Source of the DNA: Octopus sinensis
Taxonomy: Eukaryota
DNA: 45,339 nucleotides
Assembly (NCBI RefSeq): GCF_006345805.1
Contig: NW_021834702.1
Span: 1-45,339, forward strand
Reading direction: 5' to 3'
The translations under genes were made by a program, and so were the position numbers. Numbering within the stretch: position 1 is the stretch's first letter; each line of letters opens with the position of its first letter. Shown here piece after piece: positions 1 through 13,586 of the stretch. The notes below the pieces were generated by a model, which saw only the letters and a program-made list of their open reading frames with translations, was not told the DNA's origin and did not search any database.

Positions 1-1600
1 CAAAATTCAAAGCAATATGGTAAAACAGGTGAAAGATTCACTGAAATACACCTGGAAACCTTCGCACAGGAGAGGTACAAATCTACCATATGGCAGGATC
101 AGGGTAAAGCACGGCTCCAATCACCATCCATTCCGATTTCCTTTTGCTTATCGAGTCCTCCTTATTTAATTGTGAGTATCTTTGGTCGTGGTTGAACCAT
201 AAAATGGCCCATATCTTCTGGCTAGAGACTATCTTTTAAGAGCAGCTAATATTCAAGTTCCAATTGTGATTCAGTTACCACTTATTTTGTCTTCTTTTAA
301 GTTCATTATCAAATACTATTAGCTATGCTAATTCCTTTGGATTACTGCGAAGTTCGGGCATTCTTTGTAGAAGCATCTCACCAAAAAGTATGCGCACTAC
401 TTGGAGGGGGGACTCCCAGCTTCTTTCTTGCCTTTAGTTCCGGCTAACCTTTACTCCTATCACTTTTTGCATATCTCTAATAGCTTTTTTTTCTCATGGT
501 TCCATCTACCCATCATCGCAAAGCGATAGAGTAAAGCTGCACTCCGTTGCTATTGCATGTACAGGATGTAGAGCACCTTCAGCACCCCGATGGGCTGCTT
601 AGTCCTTTTTTCCTCTAATTCCTTCTTTGGTTACCCTCAAATATTGATACAGTTGCTACTGTGAAGACTATTGTCTTCACTTCAGGGTCCTGGTTTTGTC
701 GCCGCATCTTCTAATATATGATCTCCTTTCTTTTGCTGTCGCTATTTTTTCCTATTACTTACAATCCTTTTAGTAGCCTCCAGAACTTCACAAGCAACAA
801 CCAAGGTCTTCCACTCCGCATCATTTGTCCGATTGGCTTCTCCCTCGGTTTCATGTTGCGCTATTACACCGAACCAACTCTATGGATTTCAGAGACCACC
901 AGAATCAAAATTTCATTTTGGCTGCATGCCGTGGTTCATCTCCGCAAGACGATGAACCAAGGTTCCAGGTCAGCATTCAATATTTCTGACTGTAACCCCA
1001 TTTCAATTCCTACCCACGACCTGGGTTATTATCAGATGGGCAAGTTTATAGCAAACGACATCAACATGTTTTCTCGTTTCGTCAATTTTAAGCACCGTGC
1101 TCTCTTTTCTATACGCCTGTTTCTGCCGGAGGATCTCACCTCCAGCCACACAACGACTACAGCTTTATTCAAGTCTACCTTCATGATATATGGAAACTCT
1201 TACAAAACGGATGTACGTTACGTTCCTCTTTGCTCTTACATTGATAAATTCCTCGATGAAGATGACACTTGATTTTGTGGCATACATCTTCCACATTTCT
1301 GTTGAATTGCAACTAATCCTTATCTACTTTTTCCCTTTGATTTGCAAAGCTCACAAGAGTTGCTGTTGGTACCTTAGTTGCTTTCTATATTCTTTAGGCA
1401 CTTTGTCGGTTGACGTTTTTGCCTTTTATTATTGTTTATGCTTTCAAATTATCGTTATCAATGATTGTTTGAAACTTTATTTCATCATAAAGTTCTTTAG
1501 GTTTTCTTGGATATCTGGCATTGTATTTACAAAAATTCAAGGGTGTACCGACTGCTTTGTTTGTTGTGGCTACCATCTCCTCCTTTTGTTGGTGAGAAAT
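1..1600 (-). mobile_element. Degenerate non-LTR retrotransposon: ORF1-like remnant followed by the start of an APE endonuclease (runs off the window edge)
   Basis: Minus strand at about 271-245 reads ITIGT(W)NIS with a 1-nt deletion, followed by RPKILTIK*, resembling APE motifs xIGTWNVxxL and PDILxIQE. The upstream ORF1-like region has many stops and frameshifts. Confidence 0.55.
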
Positions 1601-1667
1601 CTAAAAATAAAAGCAGAAAATATACATGTACGTATAGAGACCATACACACACACACTCACAAACACA

Positions 1668-1671
1668 CATA

Positions 1672-1754
<83 letters not shown>

Positions 1755-2107
1755 GATACTCAAACATCCATTTAAATGTAACATTTACACATATATATAT
1801 CTATATATAAATGCAACATATACACATATTCATAGACAAATGTAGATATATATATATATATATACATGTCTATATGAGCGTATATATATATATATATATC
1901 TATATATATATATATGTGTGTGTGTGTGTATGTATATGTATATGGATATATATATTATATATTATATATAATATATATATATATATATACACATATGTGT
2001 GTGTTTATATGGATATGTACATACATATAATTCATATACATATGTATATGTGTATGTATATATATATATACGTATATATATATGTATATATATATATGCA
2101 CACACAC

Positions 2108-2155
<48 letters not shown>

Positions 2156-2158
2156 CAT

Positions 2159-2200
<42 letters not shown>

Positions 2201-2332
2201 GCTCATATAGACATGTATATATATATATATATATCTACATTTGTCTATGAATATGTGTATATGTATGCATTTATATATAGATATATATATGTGTAAATGT
2301 TACATTTAAATGGATGTTTGAGAGTATCTGTA

Positions 2333-2363
<31 letters not shown>

Positions 2364-2409
2364 CATATGCATATTTATATATACATACATGCATACATAC
2401 ATACATACA

Positions 2410-2430
<21 letters not shown>
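1668..2430. repeat. (TA)n/(CA)n/(TACA)n microsatellite complex containing a long inverted duplication
   Basis: Direct reading; arms at 1754-1880 and 2200-2329 are reverse complements. Confidence 0.95.
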
Positions 2431-2441
<11 letters not shown>

Positions 2442-3079
2442 CATATGCACATGTAGACATACATTCACACATGCGCACGTGTGCACAAATGACATTTCCT
2501 TACATGAATACATACATATCTGCGCACACTTTTGTATGTGTACACGTTTGTGAATCAGCGGTGAATACCTGCGTGCTGGTTCGTAGTGAGTAAGCCAGAA
2601 AGAGTTCTAAATTTAAAATAAGCTTTGGAATCCGTTTCGTGCTAATTCTTTTGGCCATTGAAAAACGCTTTTAATCATCACTTGATGTAAAAGAACGAAA
2701 CGGATATAATACCTGGCCTTATCGTCTATACATTAGCCATCTGTATAGCAGCTACATACGCAGCAATAATAATATAAACTAAAAGAAAAACTTAATATTT
2801 AATAGGCAGTAGTGAATCATATCTGTAAAATGTTGCTATTTAACTTAGGGTGTCTGCTGCTACTGGCACACAAAAAATATGTAGGTAACAAGTTCTTGAA
2901 TCTCAGATATAGATAAGCTACGGTTTACTGGGAAGAAATAACTATTCGCCTCGTATTTGAGTTGGCGTAACATGAATGAGAAGAATAGTCACTTCCGGTG
3001 CGAACGACCGAACTGAATAAGTAGCACAGATGAATATAAGTAAGCAAGATGCTGTAAATTTGGGGCAAATATATATATA

Positions 3080-3129
<50 letters not shown>

Positions 3130-3559
3130 TATATGTGTGTGTATGTATAAAACTAGGTCATGTCTATTGCTGTTTGTAACGTAGAGTTCACTTGGACTAT
3201 TTCTGTTCTGAACAGGTGTTGTGTTAATTTAGACTTTGTATATAGACATAGTGTTTCAAATCTATTAAATGCACGGTTAAATGGGACGCTCGGGGCCCTT
3301 TATCTCAAGTGGAACAATTGACGTAATTGAAATGATTGATTGAAGTCACTTAATTGTAAACAAATGCCAAATACTTTTCATCTAGCGAAAAATAAATATA
3401 TATTAAATCTATTAAATCTATTACACATGGATAGAGGCGAAATTATGTTACTATGGTTGCTGTTACTGTTGATGTTGTTGTTGTTGTTGTTTTAGTTGTT
3501 CTTTAGTAGCGTGTAAGGTTTGATCAAGCAAACCTGTTTTTCTTATGATTTTCTTTCAC

Positions 3560-3710
3560 ATGTTTCAGTCATTTGACGGCAGCCATGTTGGAGCACTACC
3601 TCAAAGGGTTTTAGTCGAACAAATCGACACCAGAACTTACTATATTTAAGCCTACTACTTATTCTATCGGCCTCTTTGTCGAACTACTAAGTTACAGAGA
3701 CATAAACACA
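3560..3710 (-). mobile_element. 3' fragment of SINE family B
   Basis: Reverse complement of the tail ...gtgctccagcatggccgcagtcaaatgactgaaaca seen in the fuller copies at 33086 and 39795. Confidence 0.8.
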
Positions 3711-3929
3711 TTATGATGTATTTTGCCCTGCGGATTGATAATACCTCATTATTTGTTTTATATATATATAGGGTATTGGATTTTTACAAATTTACTACCA
3801 GTGACGTAGCATGCATAAAAAGTCAATAGACGACATATTATTCAATATAAAATAGTGTACATTTAAACACAAAGAGAAATTACCTAAAACGGGCAATTTC
3901 TACACGACAGAAGCCCACAAAAAAATGTA

Positions 3930-4023
3930 TACGTATATATATGTGCATGTATATATATTATATATACATACACACACCTATATTTATATACACGCACACA
4001 TACATAAATATATATATATACAC

Positions 4024-4059
<36 letters not shown>

Positions 4060-4147
4060 CATATATAAATATATATATATTTATACATACATATATATAT
4101 ATGCTATATATATGTATGTATATATATATACATATATATATATATAA

Positions 4148-4190
<43 letters not shown>

Positions 4191-4205
4191 TGTGTGTGTG
4201 TGTGT
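3930..4205. repeat. (TA)n/(TG)n microsatellite
   Basis: Direct reading. Confidence 0.95.
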
Positions 4206-4666
4206 TAGCCAATTCCTTCTATATTACGTGCCACCAATTCCCAATTCCAGATAGATCTATCTTTAATCATGAAAATAGAAAGGGAGAGTCAGAGAATCAG
4301 AGAGAAAAGAGGACAACGATGATGAGGAGGAGAAGGAGGAGAAGGAGAAGGAGGAGAGGAAGAGGAGGAGGAAGGAGGACGATGTGCATCAGCAGCAGGA
4401 GGAAGAAGAGGAGCAGGAAGAGCAGGAGGGGGGATTCTACAGTTCTACAGAGATGGGAGATAAAGCGGAGGGAGGATATAAAGAAGTCGATGGAAGGGTG
4501 CTGATGTTCTTGTCTGTGATCATGATGGTGATGATGATGATACTCGTGAGTATGATGGTAAGTTGTTGGTGCTACTGGCTGTTCTGCTGGGTAGTATTTA
4601 TTGTTGACGCTATTGCCGTGCACAGACAGAATTATTTAGAGCATCGGAATAAAATGTTGTGCGGTG

Positions 4667-4895
4667 TGGCGAGCTGGCAGAAACGTTAGCACGCCGGGCG
4701 AAATGCGTAGCCGTATTTCGTCTGCCGTTACGTTCGGAGATCAAATTCTGCCGAGGTCGACTTTGCCTTTCATCCTTTCGGGGCCGATAAATTAAGTACC
4801 AGTTACGCACTGGGGTCGATATAATCGACTTAATCCGTTTGTCTGTCCTTGTTTGTCATCTCTGTGTTTAGCCCCTTGTGGGTAGTAAAGAAACA
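4667..4895 (+). mobile_element. tRNA-derived SINE family A
   Basis: A-box-like TGGCAGAAACG and B-box-like motif, then gtcgactttgcctttcatcctttcgggg.cgataaattaagtacca, which resembles the MetaSINE-type core as I recall it. Many copies in the window. Confidence 0.85.
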
Positions 4896-4969
4896 GGTAC
4901 TACTTCTGGCTCTTTATGTTCTGATTGTAAATCTCACTTTGACTTTCAGGGTCAATAAAATAATATACA

Positions 4970-5524
4970 TCGACCCCAATCCTCAACTGGTACTTAATGT
5001 ATCGACCCCAAGAAGATGTAAGGTAAAGTCGATCTCGGCGGAATTTGAACTCAGAACGTAGAGACGGGCGAAATACCGCTAAGCATCTCGTCCAGCGTGC
5101 TAACGATTCTTATTTCTTTGTTGCCCACAAGGGGCTAAACATAGAAGAGACAAACAAGGACAGACAAACGGATTAAGTCGATTACATCGACCCCAGTGCG
5201 TAACTGGTACTTAATTTATCGACCCCGAAAGGATGAAAAGCAAAGTTGACCTCGGCGGAATTTGAACTCAGAACGTAACGGCAGACGAAATACCTATTTC
5301 TTTATTACCCACAAAGGGCTAAACACAGAGGAGACAAAGAAGGACAGACAGACGGATTAAGTCGATTATATCGACCCAATGCGTAACTGGTACTTATTCA
5401 ATCGACCCCGAAAGGATGAAAGGCAAAGTCGACCTCGGCGGAATTTGAACTCAGAACGTAGCGCCAGACGAAATACCGCTAAACATTTTGCCCAGCGTGC
5501 TAACGTTTCTGCCAGCTCGCCGCC
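4970..5524 (-). mobile_element. SINE family A, tandem multimer (head plus about 3 body units)
   Basis: Repeated body with junctions near 5293 and 5110. Confidence 0.9.
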
Positions 5525-5532
5525 ATCATAAT

Positions 5533-5887
5533 AACAAGAGAACTCAGAGAGCACAAAATTCCGCCAAGCCAACACCAACATCCTCTCAATGATTAGCCGG
5601 AAATGATTTTTAAATGAGAATATCTGAAATAGACTCGACTACTCCAACAAACGAGAATACTAAAAATGAGCCCGACCGCTCTAAAAAATTAAGTAAAAAA
5701 TAATCTAGAATCCTTGCCTGGGATCCGATCGACCCCAAAATTTAATCAGTTTATGCCAGTAACAAGGCCAAACTTTTCTAAAAGTTTCATCTGAATCCAT
5801 TCAGCGGTTCTTGGGTGATCTTGTCCACGGTCAAACAAAGAAACATTTTAAAAGGGAGTTTGAATACCTTCGCTAAGGCGGATGTAA
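5533..5887 (+). mobile_element. Probable non-autonomous Helentron/HINE (DINE-1-like) element
   Basis: Subterminal inverted motifs ttccgcc (about 5559) and ggcgga (about 5877), a 3' mini-hairpin cctt-cgct-aagg, and A/T-run flanks. Confidence 0.4.
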
Positions 5888-5934
5888 TAATCCTTTCTAC
5901 AATAGGCATAAGGCCTGGAATTTGGGGTATGATA

Positions 5935-6620
5935 GGTGAAGTCGATTCAACTGACCCCAGTACTCCACTGGTACTTAATTTATCGACCTCGAAAAGATGA
6001 AAAGCAAAGTCGACCTCGGCAGAATTTGAACTCAGAGCGTGCAGACGGGCGAAATGCCGCTGAGCATTTATGCCGGTATGCTAACGATTACTGGTACCGA
6101 TGGTGTTAATTTACGAACTCCACCCTAACTGAGCACAACTGGCCTCGTGCCTAAATCAGAAATAATTATAGCAATTATTATTAAAGCGGTTAACTGGCAG
6201 AATCGATAGCATACCGGGATAAATGCTCAGCAGCATTTCGTACGTCTGCCGCTACGTTCTGAGTTCAAATTCCGCCGAGGTCGACTTTGCTTTTCATCAC
6301 TTCGGGGTCTATAAATTAAGCACCATTTGAGTTCTGGCGTCCATGTGGTCGACTTAGCTTCTTCCGTCAAATTTCGGGCCTCGCACCTTTAGTAGAAAGG
6401 ATTATTACTGTTAAGGCAGCAAGCTGGCGGAATCGTAAGCACGCTGGACGAAACGCTTAGCTGTATTTCGCCCGTTGCTACGTTCTGAATTCAAATTCCA
6501 CCGAAGTCGACTTTACCTTTCACCTTTTCGGGGTCGATAAATTAAGCACCAATTTAGTACTGGTATCTAAGTAGTCGACTTAGCCCTCCCACCAAATTTT
6601 AGGCTTTGTGCTTATGATAA
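5935..6620. mobile_element. Cluster of three diverged SINE A copies (5935-6090 minus; 6183-6400 and 6413-6620 plus)
   Basis: Shared A/B-box head and core hairpin domain. Confidence 0.8.
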
Positions 6621-6641
6621 ATAGGATTCTTCTTCTTCATC

Positions 6642-6681
<40 letters not shown>

Positions 6682-6762
6682 CATTATTATTATTATTATT
6701 ATTATTGCTATTATTTTTCCTTATTTCTTCAATTTTTTTTCATCATCATTATTATTATTATT

Positions 6763-7485
6763 GCTTTGCGCAGCTTCTAACGTTGGAGATGTACTATTTT
6801 GTCAGCTGTTCACTACCAGTGAACTAAGGTAACACCACGTATTTTTCGAGCAAATTCCAAAGTATTCGGACGGTTCCAAGCAATGCTATTTTCTGCAAGT
6901 GCTCCACCCTTATGCAGCCCCTATTTGTTCCACGTACTTCTCGAGACTTTTGCTTACTGTTCCCAGGGCTCCCACAATTATTTTTCATCGACCACAACTG
7001 CTTAACTTCCCAAGTTAACCTGTCATATCTCTCGACATTTCTTTCTTCCTTATCGCATACTTTGTTGTCAGCTGGGCATGCAATATCTATGATCCAGCAT
7101 AGTTTGTTTTCTTTCTCAATTAAGACTATTTCTGGTTTCCTATTCTCTATTTCATAGTCGCACTGAATCATAAAATCCCATAGGATCTTTGCATTTTTAT
7201 TTTCAACGATGCATTCGGGTTTGTAGTCGGACCAATGTTTTGCTCTGTCAAGTTCAATCTTGTTGCGAAGTGTCCAATAGGCAAACCTGGGTATATTGTC
7301 GTGGTGTCCCTTATATTCCTTCTGGGCTAGTGGCGTACATTGGCTGGTAATGTGCCATACGATTTCACATCTTTGTCCACAGAATCTGCACTTACCACTT
7401 TCTGATGTGTTGTCTATTCTGTATTTTATATAGTTTGTCCTTAGTGATTGCTCTGGGGCAGGACAGATTAGAGCCTCCGTTTCTG

Positions 7486-7486
<1 letters not shown>
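6763..7486 (-). mobile_element. 5'-truncated R4/Dong-type RLE non-LTR retrotransposon (CCHC knuckle, restriction-like endonuclease, 3' UTR)
   Basis: Minus-strand translation PETEALIC...GKCRFCGQRCEIVWHITSQC...KPEIVLIEKENKLCWIIDIACPAD...LQKIALLGTVRIL; flanked on both sides by (AAT)n. Confidence 0.85.
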
Positions 7487-7536
<50 letters not shown>

Positions 7537-7548
7537 GTTATTATTATT

Positions 7549-8045
7549 GAGTGAGAGAGGAGTGCATGCCATCAAAGTGGAACTGGGGTAAAATATATGA
7601 AGCCCAGTATACCCATCATGACTACCCGTCTGCTAAGGGTACACTAGGCACATGCATCACAACCATATGAGCACGACATGGTGATCTCATATCAAGATAA
7701 ACAGCACATGACCTTGCAGGTGGGGTCCAGTTAGAGTTTTCTTCTTGTTGAGTAATCCATCCCGCTCAAAAGGTCCCTGAATAAGGGTTGTTCAAGGATG
7801 TTGAACGGAACACCCATGTTTCCAGAGGTGAATTATTCAAACCCCAAAGAATCCCTCTCAATACATGACTATGATTGCCCCCTCCTACTTCTGCTCGTCA
7901 TCAGAGATGCACATATCATCAGCCACTAAGGGACATGCTCAACTGGTTACGGTCAAACAACTGACAAGCAAATCTGTGGTATTGAGCAGAATATTTGCTG
8001 TAGCCTATGTATTATACCAAGACAAAACAATGTACATGCTGTAAC
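7549..8045 (-). mobile_element. Non-coding retroposon family D, copy 1 (truncated)
   Basis: Collinear with 12347-12915 and 13033-13586; ends in (AAT)n on the minus strand. Confidence 0.8.
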
Positions 8046-8129
8046 ACATCTTTTGTATTCTTAATTATTATTATTATTATTATCATTATTATTATTAAGG
8101 CGCCAAGCTGGCAGAATCGTTAGCACCCC

Positions 8130-8830
8130 TGACATTTTTTCTGCTCGTATTTTGTAGCTACATGTTTTAACTTTCCATCGTTGTTTGATAAATATTTTGT
8201 AATCCAGCATTTGGTATTTTATGATAGTATTCTAACGGCAGATGGCCTTTTCATACTTTATTCACAGTAAACATAATCTTCCTGCATCAGATTTTGGGTG
8301 GTATATTCTAAATGTGGTCAATATTTTTCTTGTTTTACTTTCTAGCACAGCTAGTTTATTTTACACTAACTTATTATTTAGCTTTAATTTATCATTGGGA
8401 CTACTACAGTATTGGGGCCTGTTATCTTGTTTTTTACATTGGGCTCTGTTTTAAGTATTAATCGGCTGTATCTATAATATTCCTTCCTGATCTTTTCTTT
8501 CATTTGTGCACGTTTTACTTTAGCTAATTCATTACTTGTAGCTATCTATATGTCTGTGTTTTATCTAATTCTTTTATCTCCATTTCTTTATCTAACATAA
8601 TATTATTGCTTTTAATTAATTTTCCACTCCTTTAAGGTTGTCTTGGCACATTTTTTAAAATCGATTCATATATCATTTCGTCTAGAATGTCTACTGTCTG
8701 TAGCAGTGTTTCTACTTGTTTACCATCTGCGGTGAACATTCTGAGGCTGGCCAAATAGAAAAGGTGGTTATTTGGCACTTTGTCTTACTACCCGTTTCTG
8801 TGTTCGTAATGTGTGCGCAACATTTAGTTT
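8130..8830 (-). mobile_element. Decayed R4/Dong-type reverse transcriptase fragment (RT motifs 5-7 and thumb)
   Basis: NNHLFYLASLRMFTADGKQVETLLQTV (decayed YMDD), KCAK, MKEKIRKEYYR..LILKTE, RKILTTFRIYHPKSDAGRL, with stops and frameshifts. Confidence 0.75.
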
Positions 8831-11033
8831 TCTGGATGTAAAATTGTATTTGCTCACTATATCGGTTTTGCTTTGTTGTGAAATTTCTTTTGTTTATCTC
8901 TAATATCATTTTATGTTTAGACAGTTGTGAAGTACATGTGCGATATGAGCTGTGTTATTTTGTTGTACGGTGCAGGTGATTTATATATGCCGTGTGATTG
9001 GAGTTATGCACTTTAGCGTCGGGTGTAAATTTTGTGCTGCTACAGAATTGAAAGCTTATTGCTTGGGATATCGCCTGTGCCTAACGGGGTTATATTTGGA
9101 CTCTGCGTAAAGTCCTAATCCATGACATCAATATTATCTGTTATTTCTTCTTTTATCACAATAGTCACTATTATCACAATAGTCACTAGTATTGCTCATA
9201 TTTTCATGCTTCACATCGTGTTTGTTTCAGTTTTAAGATTCTTGTACTTTTACAGTTCCCAGTTCGTTTTGGGCAATATTTGGGTCAGATGAAATTGTAA
9301 TGTCTATCCGTAACATTTTGTTTTCAGCTTTGATAATTATATCTGGACAGCCTGCATTGGTATCCTTTCAGTCTGGACAAACATATTCTAGATTATTGCA
9401 GCCAAATAGTTGCCATCTAAGATTTTTTGTATATATTTATAACACTTTTTTGCTCGTAAACTTGTTGGCATATTGCCCAGTGGTCATAGTTGCCGACACG
9501 TTCGACTCCGAGAATATACGCTTTTCAGTTATAATAATTTTGCTACAAGGATATACCACTGTTTGGTGGGAGCGATTACAGTCAATCATATCGACTCCAG
9601 TATTTGCCTGATGTTTTATCGATCCAGGAAGGTTGAACGGTGGTGGTATTCTGATTAATACCACATGCTATTTCATCCTCCCACCTTACGAATTCTGCTA
9701 AGCCATCACTCTTCTTTCTTCGTTATATGAACGAAATATTGCTTGTAAGTGACATCTCAAGTCTCTCACCAAAAAATGTAAAGAATACTAGAATATATAC
9801 TAGAATATATTTAATTTCTATTGATAGGAGTAAGAGTAGAAAGAACAACTACAGCAGTATGAAGAACAATAAGGACTGAAATGTTTTTCCTTGTGATGTG
9901 GAACTTGTGTGATGGTTTCGACGCTTACAGCATTATTATCATATTCAAAATTATGTTCCCTACAGCAGTACCAATGGTAGATTTCAACAATTCAAAATAG
10001 AATATTGTCAACATAGAAAAATAAAATTAACGGATGAGATATTTTCTTTTTGTTGTTTTAATTATCACTTTTCACTAGTGAACTAACCGCACGCATCATT
10101 AGCGGTCTTAGTGACAACAATGTTTGCCTATATGATTGATGAGAAACTGATTGCAACCAAGTATAACAAGCTGATGCCAACTTCGTTCTCATTTATAAAT
10201 TTTACTCCAAATTGATGCAACTTCACACCCAAATTGAAGAAAATTAAATAAGATTGTCAGAAGACTTATGAAGTGACAAGATGTGACTAAACATAATTAA
10301 ATATAACTCTGAAGAAATTTAATAGAAACTATAATACGGCTACAAGGAACCAATTTTAAATGTACACGCTACCGGAAACAAATGGTAAGCTAGTGTTATT
10401 TCAGCATGTTGGAATCTAACAAGACAACCACAACCATAAAGTAGAAAGAATTTGTAGTGACTAATTTAAGATATAAAACGGCCGATTAGCAATATTTTAA
10501 TTCCTCTCTCTTTCGCTCTCTCAGAATCTTCTACGCTGAGTGTGAAAGGGTCACGTGGAACCACTCACAGTCTCTTCTTCTCTTCTAAGAAATGGAATCA
10601 AAGTTGAGTTTAGAGATGGCAATTTCTTCTCAACTTGAATGCTACAGCAGTCGACAGTCTTATAAGTTAATTCATTCATAACAGAAAAAAAAATTTTTTT
10701 ATTAATGTTGTTTCATAATCATTTGTTAAAATGAAAAAAAAATAAAATAAAATATTCTGGACTTCTTTCAGTCATTCAGAGATACCAGACTGAATGAACA
10801 TTCAAGCAGACAAAGCTATGAATTCAACAAATGTGATAGTATCAGAGATAAGGAAAAGTTTTACGACAACATCTCCAACAGCGAGGCCTTTTAGTTTGGT
10901 GGTCGCATTACTCTCTTTTTAAACAATTGGCGATGTCTGTCGAATTGAATATAATGTACACAGTCTACGAATTGTCAACCTTCGAATATGTGCATATTAT
11001 ATGCCTATATCGCATCGATTTGCGTATATAATA

Positions 11034-11122
<89 letters not shown>

Positions 11123-11276
11123 TATATATATATATATTATTTATTTATTTATATTATATATATATATATTTATTTATATATATATATATATATATTTATT
11201 TATATATATATATAATATATATATATATTATTTATATATATATATATATATTATATATATATATATACACTCACAT

Positions 11277-11325
<49 letters not shown>

Positions 11326-11349
11326 AATTAATTTTATTATTATTACTAT

Positions 11350-12005
11350 CCTCTTCTTTCAATTTTGTTTCCTTTTCTTGCCAAGTGTTCTCCCGACACC
11401 TAGCGCAAGGAAAATTACTACATTAAAATAAACACACTAGATTGTTCATTTACAAAGTCATGTGATATAAAAAGGGAAAGAAAGAAAGAAAGAAAAAGGG
11501 GAAAAGAAATTATAAATGAAAGAAACAGGGAAAATATGAAAAATAGAAAAAGAAAATAAAAGAGAGAAAGGGTAAAAAATGTCCAGGCAATAATGCTCTT
11601 CTCAATAAACGTGACGTACCAGCTAAAACAGTCTTTTGCACTTCTTCCATGGATGGTAAGCCCGGGATCATCCAAGAATAATTTTCAGTTCTTTTTTCGA
11701 TCATTCCAAGAGCTCCTAGAATCATTGGTATTGTAACCGTCTTGTGATGCCAAATTTTTTAGATTTCAATCAGCAAATCGTTATATTTTCTGAGCTTATC
11801 AAATTCTTTTGCTGAGATATTATGATCACAAGGTATGCCCATGTCAATCAATAAACGAACTTTATTATTTTGGTCTTTCACAACAATATCAGGTGTATTA
11901 GCTTTGATTATCCAGTCTCTATGTAGCGGAAAGTCAAAAAACTTCGTTACATTTTTTCCCTCAACTACAGACTCAGTGTGGTGCTTCTATCATTTGTCAG
12001 CAGTT
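11350..12005 (-). mobile_element. Second R4/Dong-type RLE fragment with 3' UTR
   Basis: KANTPDIVVKDQNNKVRLLIDMGIPCD...TIPMILGALGMI...VQKTVLAGTSRLLRRAL; the 3' end runs into an imperfect (AAT)n tract. Confidence 0.85.
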
Positions 12006-12029
12006 TTGATTTTATAATGCCAACATATT

Positions 12030-12305
12030 AACCAGTGTGGTGGTGACCACCTTCGGTCAGACACTGACCATGTGTTTGCACCTAGAGAGTTACCCTCTGA
12101 GGTACAAGTCTGGGTAAGATTGTTTTATGGAAGACCAGCAGTCGCCTATGCATACCGGCCTCCCCTCTCCACGTCACCGATGTTGTCCAAGGGAAACGCA
12201 AGGGCCGATACAGCTTGGCACCTGTGACGTCGCAACTCATTTCTACGGCTGAGTGTACTGGAGCAACGTGAAATAAAGTGTCTTGCTCAAGAACGCAACA
12301 CAACA
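12030..12305 (-). mobile_element. SINE body related to family C (ttcttgagcaagacact core), 5'-truncated
   Basis: Shares its core with 30828-31089 but has a different tail. Confidence 0.6.
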
Positions 12306-12346
12306 GTGTAGATATTGGCCAACTCGGTCATGTATTTCTTATCACT

Positions 12347-12915
12347 GAGTGAGAGGGCTGTGCAAGCCAGCAAAGTGACTCTGGGGTAAAATATACGAAG
12401 CCCAATATACCCATCATCACTACCCGTCTGATAAGGGCGCAGTAGGCACATACATCACACCCATATGTGCACCACACGATGATATCATATCAAGATCAAG
12501 AGCTCATGACTTTGAGGCCCACTTAGAAGTTTCTTCAAGCCGAGTAGCCCATCCCGCTTAAAAGGCCCCTGAATGAGGGTTGTTCAAGAGTGTTGACGAA
12601 ACACTAATGTTTACAGAGGTGAATTATTCAAACCCCAGTGAATTCCTCTCAACACATGCCTATGACGCTCCCCCACTACTTCCGCTCGTTCTCAGAGATA
12701 AACATATCGTCATCCACTCAACTGGTTATGGTCAACAATTGACATACTCAACTGGTTATGGTCAAACAATTGACAAGTAAATCTGTGATACTGAGAAGAA
12801 TATTTGCTCTAGGTCATCTTTTATACCAAGACAAAACAATTTAGATGACAATACTTCCAATCAGTTAAGATCAGATGCTCTGAGAGCCAGTACCTGGTAC
12901 TGCATCAGGGTATTT
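12347..12915 (-). mobile_element. Retroposon family D, copy 2
   Basis: Collinear with the other two copies; carries an internal tandem duplication of about 30 bp near 12718-12780. Confidence 0.85.
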
Positions 12916-13032
<117 letters not shown>

Positions 13033-13586
13033 GAGTGAGAGAGCAGTGCATGCCATCAAAGTGGCACTGGGGGAAATATACGAACCCCAATATACCTATC
13101 ATCACTACCCGTCTGATAAGGGTATACCAGGTGCTTGCATCAAAACCACATGTGCACAACATGGTGATCTCATATCAAGATAAACAGCGCATGACCTTGC
13201 AGGTGAGGCCCAGTTAGAATTTTCTTCAGGTCGAGTAGCCCATACCGCTCAGAAGGTCCTTGAATAAGGGTTGTTTAAGGATGCTGAACGAAACACTCAT
13301 GTTTCCAAAGGTGAATTATCCAAGCACCAAAGAATTCCTCTCAACATATAGTTACGATGCTACCCCACTACTGCTCGTGATCAGAGATGCACATATCATC
13401 AGCCACTAAGGGACATACTCAACTGGTTAAGGTCAAACAACTGACAAGTAAATCTGTGGTATCGAGCAGAATATTTGTTGTAGACCATCTTTTATACCGA
13501 GTCAAAACAATGTACGTGATAACACTTCCAATCAGTTAAAATCAGAAGCCATGAGAGCCACTGCCTGATACTGCATCAGGGCATTT
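13033..13586 (-). mobile_element. Retroposon family D, copy 3 (apparently full length)
   Basis: Minus strand runs aaatgccctgatgcagt...gcactgctctctcactc then (AAT)n. Confidence 0.85.

Noticed and set aside
718-1272. 184-aa plus-strand ORF (and overlapping 1190-1810)
   Set aside because: Antisense to a decayed LINE; no recognisable domain; the second ORF runs into TA repeats.
2991-2999. ETS-like ACTTCCGGT
   Set aside because: A single motif with no supporting context.
13520-13586. HDV-like ribozyme at the 5' end of family D
   Set aside because: Could not build the P1/P2/P3/P1.1 nested pseudoknot by eye.
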